A stretch of 63,257 nucleotides of DNA, taken from positions 1 to 63,257 of the IMG/VR virus record IMGVR_UViG_3300020129_000255; one strand, given 5' to 3'. A program made the translations under genes and the position numbers. The DNA is from a virus (Duplodnaviria; Caudoviricetes). The notes under the pieces were generated by a model. That model saw only the letters and a list, made by a program, of their open reading frames with translations. It searched no databases and was not told the DNA's origin. Below, piece after piece: positions 37,872 through 47,941 of this stretch; positions within the stretch are counted from its first letter, which is position 1; each line of letters opens with the position of its first letter.

Positions 37872-38672
37872 ATGAGCCTCCCACTGAGTCGCGGCGGCCG
37901 TAGGTATCTCCCCAACCCGATGCCCGCGGATCACCGCGACTTCAGTGTCTCTCGCGTCAAGCTGTACTCAGCAGCTTTCGCCCTGCCCGAGAGCGTCTTC
38001 CTCGACGAGTGGCTCGGCCCAGTGCGCGACCAAGGCAACGAAGGCAGCTGCACTGCGCAAGCATCCGCAGGAGACCTCGACTTCCAGCTTCGCAAGTACG
38101 ATCAGCGATTCCGCTCGAATCCCGACTCAGCCCCCACCATCTCAGCCCAGTTCATCTACCGGATGTCGCGCGTCATGGACGGCTCTGCGTCGTCAGACGC
38201 CGGCAGCGATGGGCGCACCACCTGTAAGGTTCTGAACCAGTACGGAGCCTGCACAGAGGCCTCCTGGCCCTACGTGGCCGGAGACATCCTGCGCGATCCC
38301 ACACCTGATGAGCTCGCGGAGGCGCTGCGTTACCGCCTCGGGGCCTACCACTTCCTCTACACCGTAGACGACATGAAGCGGTGCATCGCCAGCGAGTACT
38401 GCTTCCGCCTGGGCATGGCAGTGTACGAATCGTTTGAGGAGAAGACAGCCGCCACGACGGTCTACCAGCCGAAGCACGGGGAAGCCTTGCTCGGCTACCA
38501 CGAGACGCTCGTGAAGGGCTTCGACAACAAGAAGTTTGGCGGAGCATTTAGTGTTCGCAACTCCTGGGGGAAGGATTGGAGTGTGAGTGGGGACTACTGG
38601 CTACCGTACTCCGTAGCGGCCGACAAGAAGATCTTCAGTGACGCAGTCATCCAACATTACGGTCATTGGTGA
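37872..38672 (+). CDS. Papain-like (C1) cysteine peptidase
   Basis: DQGNEGSCTA (oxyanion Q, catalytic C), GYHET (H) and VRNSWG (N). Confidence 0.92.
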   Translation: MSLPLSRGGRRYLPNPMPADHRDFSVSRVKLYSAAFALPESVFLDEWLGPVRDQGNEGSCTAQASAGDLDFQLRKYDQRFRSNPDSAPTISAQFIYRMSRVMDGSASSDAGSDGRTTCKVLNQYGACTEASWPYVAGDILRDPTPDELAEALRYRLGAYHFLYTVDDMKRCIASEYCFRLGMAVYESFEEKTAATTVYQPKHGEALLGYHETLVKGFDNKKFGGAFSVRNSWGKDWSVSGDYWLPYSVAADKKIFSDAVIQHYGHW

Positions 38673-38679
38673 TTCCCCG

Positions 38680-38934
38680 ATGCAACAGCCTCCGCAGTGG
38701 AACACGTTCGGCTCGATGATGTGGTTCGTGCTCTTCTTCATCGTTCTCGGCTACGAAATCTTTGCTGGGATCAATCACGGAAAGCACACTCCGATGCTGA
38801 CCCAGTTAGTAGTTAGATACATCCCTCAACCATTCACGCTGGCGTTTATCGTTTGGCTGTTTTTCCACTTCCTCGTCCGCTACAACAACTCGACCTACCT
38901 CAACTGGCTCCGCTCCGGTGGCGCTGGTGGCTGA
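38680..38934 (+). CDS. Two-TM membrane protein
   Basis: Two hydrophobic segments. Confidence 0.7.
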   Translation: MQQPPQWNTFGSMMWFVLFFIVLGYEIFAGINHGKHTPMLTQLVVRYIPQPFTLAFIVWLFFHFLVRYNNSTYLNWLRSGGAGG

Positions 38935-39127
38935 CGACGACGAGATCATCGAACGCACCCTTCCCCTCCATCAAAGCAGTGAGACTGGCGCTTGGCTTGG
39001 ACCAACGTGGATTCCGTGTGCAGGCTGTGGCCAGCCAGTGAGACGCCGACCTGGGAATGTCTACGGCTGCGGTCTCTGCTGGACATTCGAGGCGATCGCT
39101 ACGCCGGTGAACGATGTCCGCCCTTAG
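38927..39127 (+). CDS. Small Zn-ribbon protein
   Basis: CAGC...CGLC. Last ORF of the late operon. Confidence 0.5.
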   Translation: MADDDEIIERTLPLHQSSETGAWLGPTWIPCAGCGQPVRRRPGNVYGCGLCWTFEAIATPVNDVRP

Positions 39128-39202
39128 GCTCTTCGTCATCAGTGACGAGCAGCAAGACAACGATGGCGATCAGCAGCACGCCGGCTAGGAAGGGGTCCAC
39201 GC

Positions 39203-39820
39203 TCAATCCTCCAGCGTCGCTGCGCGCATGACCGCCTCACGATTACTCGGTCCAGGCACTGCCGTCAGCTCATCGAACCGTTCCATGAAGATCCGCTCTG
39301 CGACCCGCGGCAGGTAGCCCACCAAGGGCGCCATCTCGTAATCGAGACCACCACTCGGGTACGTGGCCCTCGCCTCGGCGCTCGACACATCCTCATCCCA
39401 AGACAAGTTGGTCATCAGCTGGTCCTTCTCCGTTAGGAGCATGATGTTATCCGCACCCTTGACCTCCTTCGGAGGTGGCCACGGGAAGCGGAACTTCGCA
39501 GCAATGGCCCGCATGATCCGCTCCTCCACTTCGTAGTACGGCGGCCCCACGGGTGTCAGCATCTTCACCGGCCGGGAAATGTCCGAGACGTAGGCCTCGC
39601 TGGCGTCGTGCAGCAGCCCCACTAGGCGACTCGGCGCCGAGACCAACAGGCTCACGTGCACAGAGTGCTCCGCCACGGAGTAGAACCTCCGCGTATGGCC
39701 CGTGTAGCGGCATTGCTGCGAGAGCGCGTGCGCGATGTCGATAATGTCGATCTCATCCGGCTGCGGATCGAGGAGATGGAAGCGTTTCCCCGTGTACGTC
39801 TCCACCCAAGGGCTGCTCAC
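39203..39820 (-). CDS. HD-domain 5'-deoxynucleotidase (YfdR/YfbR-like)
   Basis: DIAHALS..CRY.GH...YSVAEHS...LLHDASEAY. Confidence 0.9.
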   Translation of the reverse strand: MSSPWVETYTGKRFHLLDPQPDEIDIIDIAHALSQQCRYTGHTRRFYSVAEHSVHVSLLVSAPSRLVGLLHDASEAYVSDISRPVKMLTPVGPPYYEVEERIMRAIAAKFRFPWPPPKEVKGADNIMLLTEKDQLMTNLSWDEDVSSAEARATYPSGGLDYEMAPLVGYLPRVAERIFMERFDELTAVPGPSNREAVMRAATLED

Positions 39821-40335
39821 AGCCGCCCTGCCTTTTTAGCCAGCATGGCCCCAACGTAACTAAGGTAGTTAATTGCGTCACCGATCGTGTCTTCGATCGA
39901 TTCATCTTTAACGTGCTGAGTAGCGTTAGGCCGCAGCAGGCTGCACAGACGCATCAGCTTGTCCGACAAACGCACCAGGATGCCGGTCTCAGGGGTCGGT
40001 ACGATGCCGAGCATCGCAGCAACGCGCAGGTTGAACAATGTGTCACCCGATTCCTGCTGAGCTCCATTGTAGTCCCCACCCTTGGCAATCAGGATGCCAT
40101 CGAGCTTGACGAACAGCTTCTTCCGGTACTCGATCAGTTCTTCTTTGCTGATCGGAGCGCCGTACGGATACGTAAATGTCGCAGCAATTTTTTGCTGAAC
40201 CTTACCGAGACCGCCTTCCCCCAACGGAAATCCGCCTATTTGTTGACCGGGCAGCTCCAATCGCGACACCGCCTTCGCCGCCGGCCAGGCCATCTGTTCC
40301 TCACTGCACAATGTCTTCGCTAGAATATCCGTCAC
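39817..40335 (-). CDS. DUF1599/nucleotide-modification-associated (MazG-like fold) protein
   Basis: K..DY...VRLSDK..RL...DESIEDT..D..NY. Confidence 0.8.
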   Translation of the reverse strand: MTDILAKTLCSEEQMAWPAAKAVSRLELPGQQIGGFPLGEGGLGKVQQKIAATFTYPYGAPISKEELIEYRKKLFVKLDGILIAKGGDYNGAQQESGDTLFNLRVAAMLGIVPTPETGILVRLSDKLMRLCSLLRPNATQHVKDESIEDTIGDAINYLSYVGAMLAKKAGRL

Positions 40336-40607
40336 GTTGCGTCACCCCCAAAACGTTTCTGATTCACTTCCAAGAGCTCACGGTACTCGATGCGCGCCAA
40401 CACACAGACCGCGTACAGGTCGAGGCTGGGCTTCGTCAGCCACACGCGGGCAGCTTCGCGTAGCGCCTGTGGGTCCTCTTTGGCCCCATGGGGCAGCTTC
40501 GTCCCAGCAGCTTCCTCTTGCGCGCGCAGGAGAACGTTGCGCCAAAGGTGGATACCGCTTCCGTAGTAGTCCGTTTCGCTGTAGCCAAACGACTCGGCAT
40601 CAATCAT
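40332..40607 (-). CDS. Conserved phage hypothetical protein
   Basis: LWRNVL..A...A..WL...VC.LA pattern. Confidence 0.7.
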   Translation of the reverse strand: MIDAESFGYSETDYYGSGIHLWRNVLLRAQEEAAGTKLPHGAKEDPQALREAARVWLTKPSLDLYAVCVLARIEYRELLEVNQKRFGGDAT

Positions 40608-40616
40608 TTTCCTTTC

Positions 40617-41504
40617 TCATCGCATCGTCACTTCCCAGTGTCCGTTCTTTTCGAGTATGCAACGAATCATCATTGTGTCAGTCGGAGACATCCCAGCAAC
40701 CTCAGCGTAAGAGCCCCAATGTTCAAGGAAGCTGCTCGACATCCCGCCACATATCTTCTGTAGGGCAGTAGAGTCACCCTGACGTCGCGTACGCCAATCC
40801 CAAAGCAGCAGGGCGTCATGGAGATGCCCAACGAGATACAGCTGCGAATCCCCCTCTTGCATGACTCGATGCACCATCTGGGCCTTTGATCCCTTCGTCC
40901 CCGCTGCGCCTTTCCCGTGGAACAGCTGCACGCCGAAAGGCTTATGGTCACCATAGTGGATATCGATGAGCTGCTTCCCTGCGGAGTAAGGGATACCCAG
41001 CCACGAAGCTATGAAGCTCCCCGCATCGAAGTCCTTGATCCGACGCTCGTGATTCCCGCCGACGTAGCCGATGATGCGATGCCGGGCCGGCGCCATCAGC
41101 TCAATGAAGTGATACGCCTGCGCCGTCGGCTCGAACTTGTTGTCGTAACTGCTGGCCACACTCATCTTCGTAGCCGCATCAATCATGTCACCACCCCAGA
41201 GCCAGAAGCGATTCGGCTCGGAGAGCAGCCAGTCACGATACTCGACGAGTTTCTTCTCCTGACAGGAGACCGCGCCGAACTGTACGTCTGTAAGGTGACA
41301 GAGTTCGATGTTCTTATAGCGTTTACTGTCTACTCGTACGGTTACGCGCTTGACCTGGTCACCGTACACCATGCTCCCAGAGATGGCAGCCTGGGGCTTC
41401 GGCGACTTGTCCAGCACCGCAGCGATGCGCGCCGCCCAGTCGATCGTAGTCTTCCGCTCAGCGAGCTGGAGACTCTGCCCACCGCTGACAATGACTCCTT
41501 TCAT
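40617..41504 (-). CDS. Calcineurin-like metallophosphoesterase
   Basis: DxQxG, GDMID, GNHE, HG and GHLH motifs. Confidence 0.88.
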   Translation of the reverse strand: MKGVIVSGGQSLQLAERKTTIDWAARIAAVLDKSPKPQAAISGSMVYGDQVKRVTVRVDSKRYKNIELCHLTDVQFGAVSCQEKKLVEYRDWLLSEPNRFWLWGGDMIDAATKMSVASSYDNKFEPTAQAYHFIELMAPARHRIIGYVGGNHERRIKDFDAGSFIASWLGIPYSAGKQLIDIHYGDHKPFGVQLFHGKGAAGTKGSKAQMVHRVMQEGDSQLYLVGHLHDALLLWDWRTRRQGDSTALQKICGGMSSSFLEHWGSYAEVAGMSPTDTMMIRCILEKNGHWEVTMR

Positions 41505-42010
41505 AGTGTAATCTCCCAAGTGGATTTACCAGGGACAGCCATTTCGATGAGGCGTTTGCGACGAGCATGACCATACTCCCGAGCTGCTCTTAAGCCTGTT
41601 TGCACATCTCTTTTAAGCGCTCTAAGATGAGCTTTTGTTGGTTGCCCATGCGGTTTGTTTATACAAGAACCGCACTCTTTTGACCCGGAAATAACATACA
41701 TAGACCTATTTGCTCGACGTTCTGGATGCCGTTTACAAGGAATAAATTCTGACTGCCAACGCTGTTCTCTTTTAGGACGAGTTTTTAATAAAGATTTCTT
41801 AGTAGCCGATGACGCGCAATAACTACAATAATTTCGACTTCTCTCTGCTCGCCGATTAGGATGATTAAAGCAAGGAATAAACTTTGAATCCCACAATTCT
41901 TTTCGTTTATTACGATACTCTTTATTACAAACAGAACATCCAGTAGTACCGCGAGATCTATAGCTCGGTAACACCGTATTCGGATGTAGCCGACAATATC
42001 GCACACTCAC
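41501..42010 (-). CDS. Basic protein with three C-x2-H...C-x2-C zinc-finger repeats
   Basis: YCRLHP, FIPCFNHPNRRA and FIPCKRHPERRA, each followed by CxxC. AT-rich insert. Confidence 0.7.
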   Translation of the reverse strand: MSVRYCRLHPNTVLPSYRSRGTTGCSVCNKEYRNKRKELWDSKFIPCFNHPNRRAERSRNYCSYCASSATKKSLLKTRPKREQRWQSEFIPCKRHPERRANRSMYVISGSKECGSCINKPHGQPTKAHLRALKRDVQTGLRAAREYGHARRKRLIEMAVPGKSTWEITL

Positions 42011-42324
42011 TTCTGCTTACCCCCACGCTTGACCGCTCGGGTCACAGCCTCGTTCCACACGACACAATCGTTAACCGCTTCCTTCATGCTGTGGCGCACA
42101 GCCACGAGGATGCGCCAATCTGGGTGCCCGTCGCGGTACTCGACCTTCCCGCGGGCCTCGTACGTCACCGGCCCAGTCTCGTACTCGATCGACATGGCCG
42201 TGCAGCTCACGTGACGAATCTCCGTCAACACGGGCGGAAGCAGCTGATCGTCTGGCCTCGGCTGAGGCAGGACGGAAGGACAGCTCAAGGCGGCCAAGCA
42301 GCTTAACGTTACCAGTCGTCTCAA
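42007..42324 (-). CDS. Putative secreted hypothetical protein
   Basis: Hydrophobic N-terminus. GGAGG RBS nearby. Confidence 0.55.
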   Translation of the reverse strand: MRRLVTLSCLAALSCPSVLPQPRPDDQLLPPVLTEIRHVSCTAMSIEYETGPVTYEARGKVEYRDGHPDWRILVAVRHSMKEAVNDCVVWNEAVTRAVKRGGKQK

Positions 42325-42361
42325 TCCATCCTCCCGTTGCGTGGTAGGCTAGAATACACGA

Positions 42362-42390
42362 ATACTCTCACACGTACACTCTAATGTCAA
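42362..42390 (-). promoter_or_regulatory. Putative sigma70 promoter
   Basis: TTGACA-17 nt-GAGTAT (weak -10). Confidence 0.45.
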
Positions 42391-44270
42391 CTCTTTAGTT
42401 TGCTCAAATTACACCAATCCATCCCATACTTCACCTCGACGGGCACACACAGCCCACCCATCTCCGGCAAGGGGATCTCCATGCACTCCTTGATCCACGC
42501 CGCCACCTGCTTCGGCTCGTGCCTACGGTCTGCGTAGAATAGCAAAGAGTCATGCACCTGTAGCCGACAGTCAAGCTGAGGATGCTGGTCAGCGCGCAGC
42601 ATCGCTAACTTCGTCAAGTGCGCAATGGGATTACTACCTGTGAACGCCAACCCAGACTTCATCTTTTCCATGTCCCGGCCGTACAGCGCCAGGCAGTACC
42701 CAAACTCGTTCCGAATGCACCTGTCCCGCTCGATCTCCTTCGACTTCCTTCGCTGAAGGTCACGCACCCCAGGGAACCGCGAGAACAGCCTCCCGATGAT
42801 CGTATTGGCCTTCACCCGGTTCTCATAACTCGCAGACCCGAAGGCCCGCTTGGCGAAGTTCGAGCCAGTGAACGTCACCACATCCCCGTTGAACGTCCAA
42901 TCGGGATAAGCTAGCCTCACGCCCTTGGCAATCTCGTTCTGAATGCGCCCGCTTCGCAGCTCACTCCGCGTCACAAGCGACAGCCCCTCTAGGTAGAAGT
43001 TCCCATGCTGCACAGTTTTCGCAGCGGCACGCGGTCCTCCTTCCTTCAGCGCAAACGGGTCATCTGGCTGGATCTCTGCAATCTGCGCCACCCACTCATG
43101 CAGGTCCACGCCCTCGGGAGCCGTATGGCCTGCCAGGTGCAGCATCACGCGATTCTCGGCATTGCTGAAGTCGGCCTCGTACAAGTGGTACCCCTCCGGC
43201 GCCACCACAGCTCTGCGAATCCGTCCAGCCAGCGTATCCTGCGCCGGCAATCCCTTCTCCCATTTCTTCGGTCGATGGGCAATGTTCTGGAGGTTCGGAG
43301 ATCCACACGCCAGCCGTCCCGTAGACGTAAAGAACGACAGATTCGCATGGATCAGCCCATTCTCATCCACGTACCCATCGCGCTCGCCCGTGTCCGCATC
43401 GTACCTCTGCGGCTTGAACCACCTGTCCACCCCGTTCCCAAGCTGCCCGTACATCTGCAGCACCGCCAGCTCCTCATCCTCATACTCCTCGCACGCGACG
43501 TCGATCGTGCTCTGCTGAGCATTCGCCAACGCGATGCCCTTCTGCTTGAAGTGCGCCAGCACCTGCTTCGGCGAGTTCGGATTGAACGGCATGCGCAGGC
43601 GCAAGCGTTCCCCCTCCTGCCGCAGCTGCCCATCCAGCTGCTCCACGTACTTCGTATCCACCAGTAGCCCACGCTCACGCATCCCGTACAGAACCGTCGA
43701 GAGGTCGCGATGCAGCGGATACAGCTTGTCCACACCCATCAGCTTCGCCCGGCGTAGCACATGGGGCATCGCCATCACGACACTGACCGTATCTACCCCG
43801 CAGTAGAACTGCTCATCATGCTCCGGGCACGGGTTCCCCAACTCCCGACAAGACTCCCCCCAGCACTGCTTCCAATTCGGCAGGTCCGTATAGAGCGCAA
43901 CGAACGCGAACAAGTTCATGTAGCCCCTGCCGCGCTTCTCACCCTCCTCATCGCTGACTTTCCCCGAGGCCTTGCAGAGGCTGGAGTTCGTCAGCCAATG
44001 GAGCAGAATCGAATCGAGACAGTTCTCTTGCTTGACGCGAATACCCTTCGCCGCGAGCACCGGCACGTCGGCCGACATGATGTTGTGCCCAACGAACTGG
44101 GCCTCAGGGAACCTGTCAAGCAGCCGCCTAAGGTAGGGCTCACCCTCTGCGAACGGCACAGAGACCGTCGTCTTCCCATCGCTGAGCCCGAGGATCGTCG
44201 GCTCCCCGGTGCCCACGTTCCACTCAATGTCTCCGCCGAGGTATGGCTCCGGGCGAAGCGTGTCAATCAT
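42387..44270 (-). CDS. polA: DNA polymerase family A with 3'-5' exonuclease
   Basis: Exo motifs DIE, GHN...D and YCGVD; TGRL...PNLQNI; motif A ADFSNAENR; motif B R...KTVQHG..Y; motif C VHDS. Confidence 0.93.
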   Translation of the reverse strand: MIDTLRPEPYLGGDIEWNVGTGEPTILGLSDGKTTVSVPFAEGEPYLRRLLDRFPEAQFVGHNIMSADVPVLAAKGIRVKQENCLDSILLHWLTNSSLCKASGKVSDEEGEKRGRGYMNLFAFVALYTDLPNWKQCWGESCRELGNPCPEHDEQFYCGVDTVSVVMAMPHVLRRAKLMGVDKLYPLHRDLSTVLYGMRERGLLVDTKYVEQLDGQLRQEGERLRLRMPFNPNSPKQVLAHFKQKGIALANAQQSTIDVACEEYEDEELAVLQMYGQLGNGVDRWFKPQRYDADTGERDGYVDENGLIHANLSFFTSTGRLACGSPNLQNIAHRPKKWEKGLPAQDTLAGRIRRAVVAPEGYHLYEADFSNAENRVMLHLAGHTAPEGVDLHEWVAQIAEIQPDDPFALKEGGPRAAAKTVQHGNFYLEGLSLVTRSELRSGRIQNEIAKGVRLAYPDWTFNGDVVTFTGSNFAKRAFGSASYENRVKANTIIGRLFSRFPGVRDLQRRKSKEIERDRCIRNEFGYCLALYGRDMEKMKSGLAFTGSNPIAHLTKLAMLRADQHPQLDCRLQVHDSLLFYADRRHEPKQVAAWIKECMEIPLPEMGGLCVPVEVKYGMDWCNLSKLKS

Positions 44271-44298
44271 CGAAGCCTGTCGATCAACGCGAGGCCAG

Positions 44299-44865
44299 CT
44301 AAGCACGCTCCACCTCACCGCCTTCGGCGGGAACCCCCACCGGGGAGAACGGGGCTGGCGCCTCCAGGGAGTCGCGCTCACGGTACTGTCGCAGGACCTC
44401 CCAAGCCTTCTCGTCGAGCAGCGGGTCCTCGCCCTCGAACAGCTCCAGATACCGCTCAGCTTGGCGCGCCGCTGCGTACCACTCATTCGGTGGGGGCAGG
44501 GCTGGGCGCGCTGGCGCCGAGTCTGCGACTGCCAACGGGAACCCGCGGTCTTCGAGCCAGGAGACGGCCTCTCGGTAAGTCATTGCCCGTACCACACGCA
44601 CCAACGTGACCGCGTCCCCACCAGCCCCGCAACTGTGGCAGTAGAAGACCTGCTTCCCCGGGTGGACGTAGAACGTGGGCGACTGATTCCCATGGATCGG
44701 ACAAGGACCAGCCTGCTGCCGGCCAACGCGCCGAAGGCTAGTGAACGCCGAGGCCACCGAGACGATGTCCCAGACGCGGCGTGGGGTTGGCGCAGCCATC
44801 CTCCCCGTTGGGTTTGTCCCGGCCCTGGGTTTGGGCCGCAGCGGTTCGATGAATAGACCAGCCAT
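44299..44865 (-). CDS. Stand-alone CHC2 primase zinc-finger protein
   Basis: CPIH...PTF.V...FYCHSCGAGGD. No TOPRIM domain follows. Confidence 0.85.
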   Translation of the reverse strand: MAGLFIEPLRPKPRAGTNPTGRMAAPTPRRVWDIVSVASAFTSLRRVGRQQAGPCPIHGNQSPTFYVHPGKQVFYCHSCGAGGDAVTLVRVVRAMTYREAVSWLEDRGFPLAVADSAPARPALPPPNEWYAAARQAERYLELFEGEDPLLDEKAWEVLRQYRERDSLEAPAPFSPVGVPAEGGEVERA

Positions 44866-44868
44866 CAG

Positions 44869-47181
44869 TCAGTTCTGGGTAGCGATGAATACGCCGATGC
44901 CTACGAATAGACAGATGAATGCCATGATCCAAATTGGCGACAGCACCCACCACCAGCTCCAGGTGATCTCATGCGTTAACTTTAGTGTGATGAAAATTAT
45001 AAGTAACCAAGTGGGAAGACTGAAACTGCCGGTGGTGCTGGTACTCTTGCTTGTCATCGCGTGCGTCCCTCCCGGGTCATCAAAAAGAACGTCTCTCCGA
45101 ACTGTGCGTAGAACTCAGCGTCCGAGAGTGGCTCCCAGGTACGACAGTGCTGACATTGCCGCGCGGGCTTGGTCACTGGGTAAAACCTGACGAGTACCGG
45201 ACGCCAGCGATGCTTGCAGCGCGGCCGGCCAGTCCAGCGGCGCATGAGGTCAGTTAGTCCCATAGGGATGCACCTTTGCGTACAGATATTGGTAGATCGG
45301 GTCCCAATGCTTCGAGACTTCTGCGGCATCCGCGACAATTACGTCTGACTCCGAGCTGAGCCGATGGAAACGTTGCGGACACTTCCGAGCCATCCACTCC
45401 GTGCTTGGAAGCCCATTCGGGCAAACCGTGTCAAAGCTGTCTAGCTCTGCAAACCACACTTTGTACTTTGCAAATTCGGCGTTGTATTCCATCTCCATCG
45501 CATAGCTCATGGAGGGCGGTGTCGGCTTAGCGATGACCATGCCTGCGTCAAGAGCATGGGTAACCACCAGCACCATATTCAGCAAGCTCAGTGCGACGAA
45601 GAGTGTGTATAGGATTCGTTTCAACATACGTATCTCCCGTAGGGGAAGAGGTCACCCGCGCCGGATGACCCCGTCCAGTCCAATTCGCGTTCCGAGACAA
45701 GAACTCCGTAAGTAAAGGTAAAATGGAGTGCCGGGTTGATGTCGTGCCCGGTCACACGTAGTCTCCTCAGTTCGTGACCAAGGAATGTCGTTCGTAGAAC
45801 GGACGCTTCGACGTGAGGTGCCACCCCGCACATGCTTCGCAGGCGTAGACCCGCAGGTAGTCGGGAGTGTTGTCGTTGCTGCTCAGGCGAAGATGAGCCG
45901 CACGCAGAGCTTGCTTCTTGTCCTTGAAGCGTACTTTCGAGCAGACCATCACCTTCACCTTGCTTCTCATCGTTGACCCGAGCCTCCCCAGCGTACGATT
46001 ACGAATAGCAACACGAGACCAGCTAATGTCAGTAGGTAACGTCCTATGTCCCGTCCGGTTAGCTCACGCGGAGGCATCGAACAGGTCCTCGGGGTCGGGC
46101 TCGTCGATCAGAGAGTCGAGCTTCTTGTGCAGGTTGTATGAGACCACTGCGATGTAAGACAGGACGAACACTAGAGCCAAGCAAATGAAGCCGCAGATCG
46201 TAATGACTGCCATGTCCGCGGAGTCCTGCAGCTTACGCGCACGCACGTCCAGCACATCGAGCTTCATCTTGTTCTCGCTCGCCGAGGCCTGCTGAGCCAC
46301 GATGATGTCTGGGCTGAGCTTCGTCGAAGACGACGACCACAGCTCCCCGAGCTCCAGCTTCGTTCCCTTCGGGGCCGGCAGCTCGACACAAGCAGAGCCC
46401 ATGTGCTTCGGTAGGGCGATGCTGTCGGTCGAGAAGTCGCTCCGCCAGACCCATCCGTCCCACTCGTAGACGGTTCCGTTCACGCAGCGCTCTTTCGCTT
46501 CCGAGGCGGGCAACGCCGCAGTGGCCGCAGCCAACAGTATGATTGGGATCATTGAGTCACCAGCTTCATTCGCATCTTCACATCAAACTTGTTGCCCTCT
46601 TTCAGCCCGGTGACGTAGTGCGCCGCCATGAGCTGCTGACCTGGGAGATCGAGATTCGAGGCCGAGGTGATGACTGCCTCGTCCTTGTTCGGATCGACGA
46701 AGAGCAGCAGGAAGCTGATGTCGAGGTCTTTCGTGACCTGCGCCAAGTTGAGCAGCGCTGCTTCGAGTTCAGGCTTCATCGGCGTCCACCATTTCCCCTA
46801 GGATGACCGTCATGTACGTCACCAGTACGACTGAGCCCACGCATAGCCACCACCAGTCGAGGATGACTCCCCCACCGAACATCGAGGCTCCGAACAGGGC
46901 CAGCAGGTAACGTTTGACTACACGGATGTACGTTTGTTGAGTCATTTCCGGCCCTCTTGGAGCGTGATCTTCGAGGCATCATGTTCGTGGCGATACAACT
47001 TGTATATCTGCTCCAGAGCATCGAACGTAACTATCGTGCAGCCGATGCGAATCTGTTTCTTCCCAGCATTCAGCGTGATGTGGACAGGTGTGAGGTCACG
47101 TGTCACGCGCTGACAGTGGTCGGTGTCGATCTTATGGTCGTAGCTATTAACGTGCTCCGAGTAACCAGGTATGTGCCCCAT
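44869..47181 (-). other. Cluster of small early genes, several membrane or secreted (44869-45057, 45054-45266, 45250-45627, 45621-45770, 45767-45970, 46064-46552, 46549-46779, 46942-47181)
   Basis: Coupled minus-strand ORFs. 44869 has WSWWWVLSPIW; 45767 has the R.Y.C..C.GWHLT Zn motif; 45250 and 46064 have hydrophobic N-termini. Confidence 0.65.
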
Positions 47182-47936
47182 TATTCCGCCACCTTTCCCG
47201 TACGTTTCTTCGTCACCAAGAGCGCCAATATCTCATCACGCTGTTCTGGCGTAATGTAGTTCGCCGGAGCATGATAGTTCCCGTCCTCACCGAATTGGCG
47301 GTCGTACAGATCAACGAAATTCTTCAGATGCTGCTTCAACGTGAGCTTCTTCGCCTTACCCACCTTCATAGCCATCCCCCTCGCCCGTCGGTCCTCCCTG
47401 CGTTGCCGCAGGGCCTCGTTCTCGAACTCGTAATGGAGCACCCAACGATTGGCTGTACGCGGCGCGCAAAACCACCATTCGGCGGCCTTGTTCCCCGCGG
47501 TCACGAGCACTCGCTGACCGTCGCGGGCGAAGCTGAGGGCCTTCTCGAACGAGCGAAGCTGCATCGGCAGCGGAGCCGGCTCAGCATGGACCTGGTGCGG
47601 GTCGAGGCTCACGACGCCGACGTCAGCGCGGTGACGATCGTACTGACGGCAGTGGGCCTCAGCGGCCTTGCGCTCGTCGCCAGTTGGGTACTTCGTAGCG
47701 GAGCAGCGCAGCAGATGGTCTAAGAAGATGTCCTGACGGCCGAGTCCGAAGGGACGGAGTGCCCAGTTCGTGAGCTCGTCGTCATTGAGTCTGACGAAGA
47801 CGTCGGAATACGTCGGCATGTCCAGCAGAACGGTGAGCTTGGCAACGTTGGGATCACCTTGTCCAGACAGGAAGCCCTTGCCCTTGCCGTACATCGGGCA
47901 GGCTTTGCAGGTATCGGGTTGGCGTGGGGAGGTCAT
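47181..47936 (-). CDS. Degenerate family-4 uracil-DNA glycosylase-like protein
   Basis: CxxC...GQGDP.AKL, later RC and C ligands. Catalytic GEAPG is replaced by LDMPT. Confidence 0.65.
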   Translation of the reverse strand: MTSPRQPDTCKACPMYGKGKGFLSGQGDPNVAKLTVLLDMPTYSDVFVRLNDDELTNWALRPFGLGRQDIFLDHLLRCSATKYPTGDERKAAEAHCRQYDRHRADVGVVSLDPHQVHAEPAPLPMQLRSFEKALSFARDGQRVLVTAGNKAAEWWFCAPRTANRWVLHYEFENEALRQRREDRRARGMAMKVGKAKKLTLKQHLKNFVDLYDRQFGEDGNYHAPANYITPEQRDEILALLVTKKRTGKVAE

Positions 47937-47941
47937 ATGCG

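Noticed and set aside
6277-38547. Long minus-strand ORFs opposite the structural genes (e.g. 6277-7179, 8634-9857, 16450-17181)
   Set aside because: These are shadow frames of GC-rich coding DNA with no motifs or RBS support.
39203-44270. 2-aminoadenine (Z) or deazaguanine genome system
   Set aside because: HD and MazG-like genes are present, but no PurZ, Que or DpdA-like gene is recognisable.
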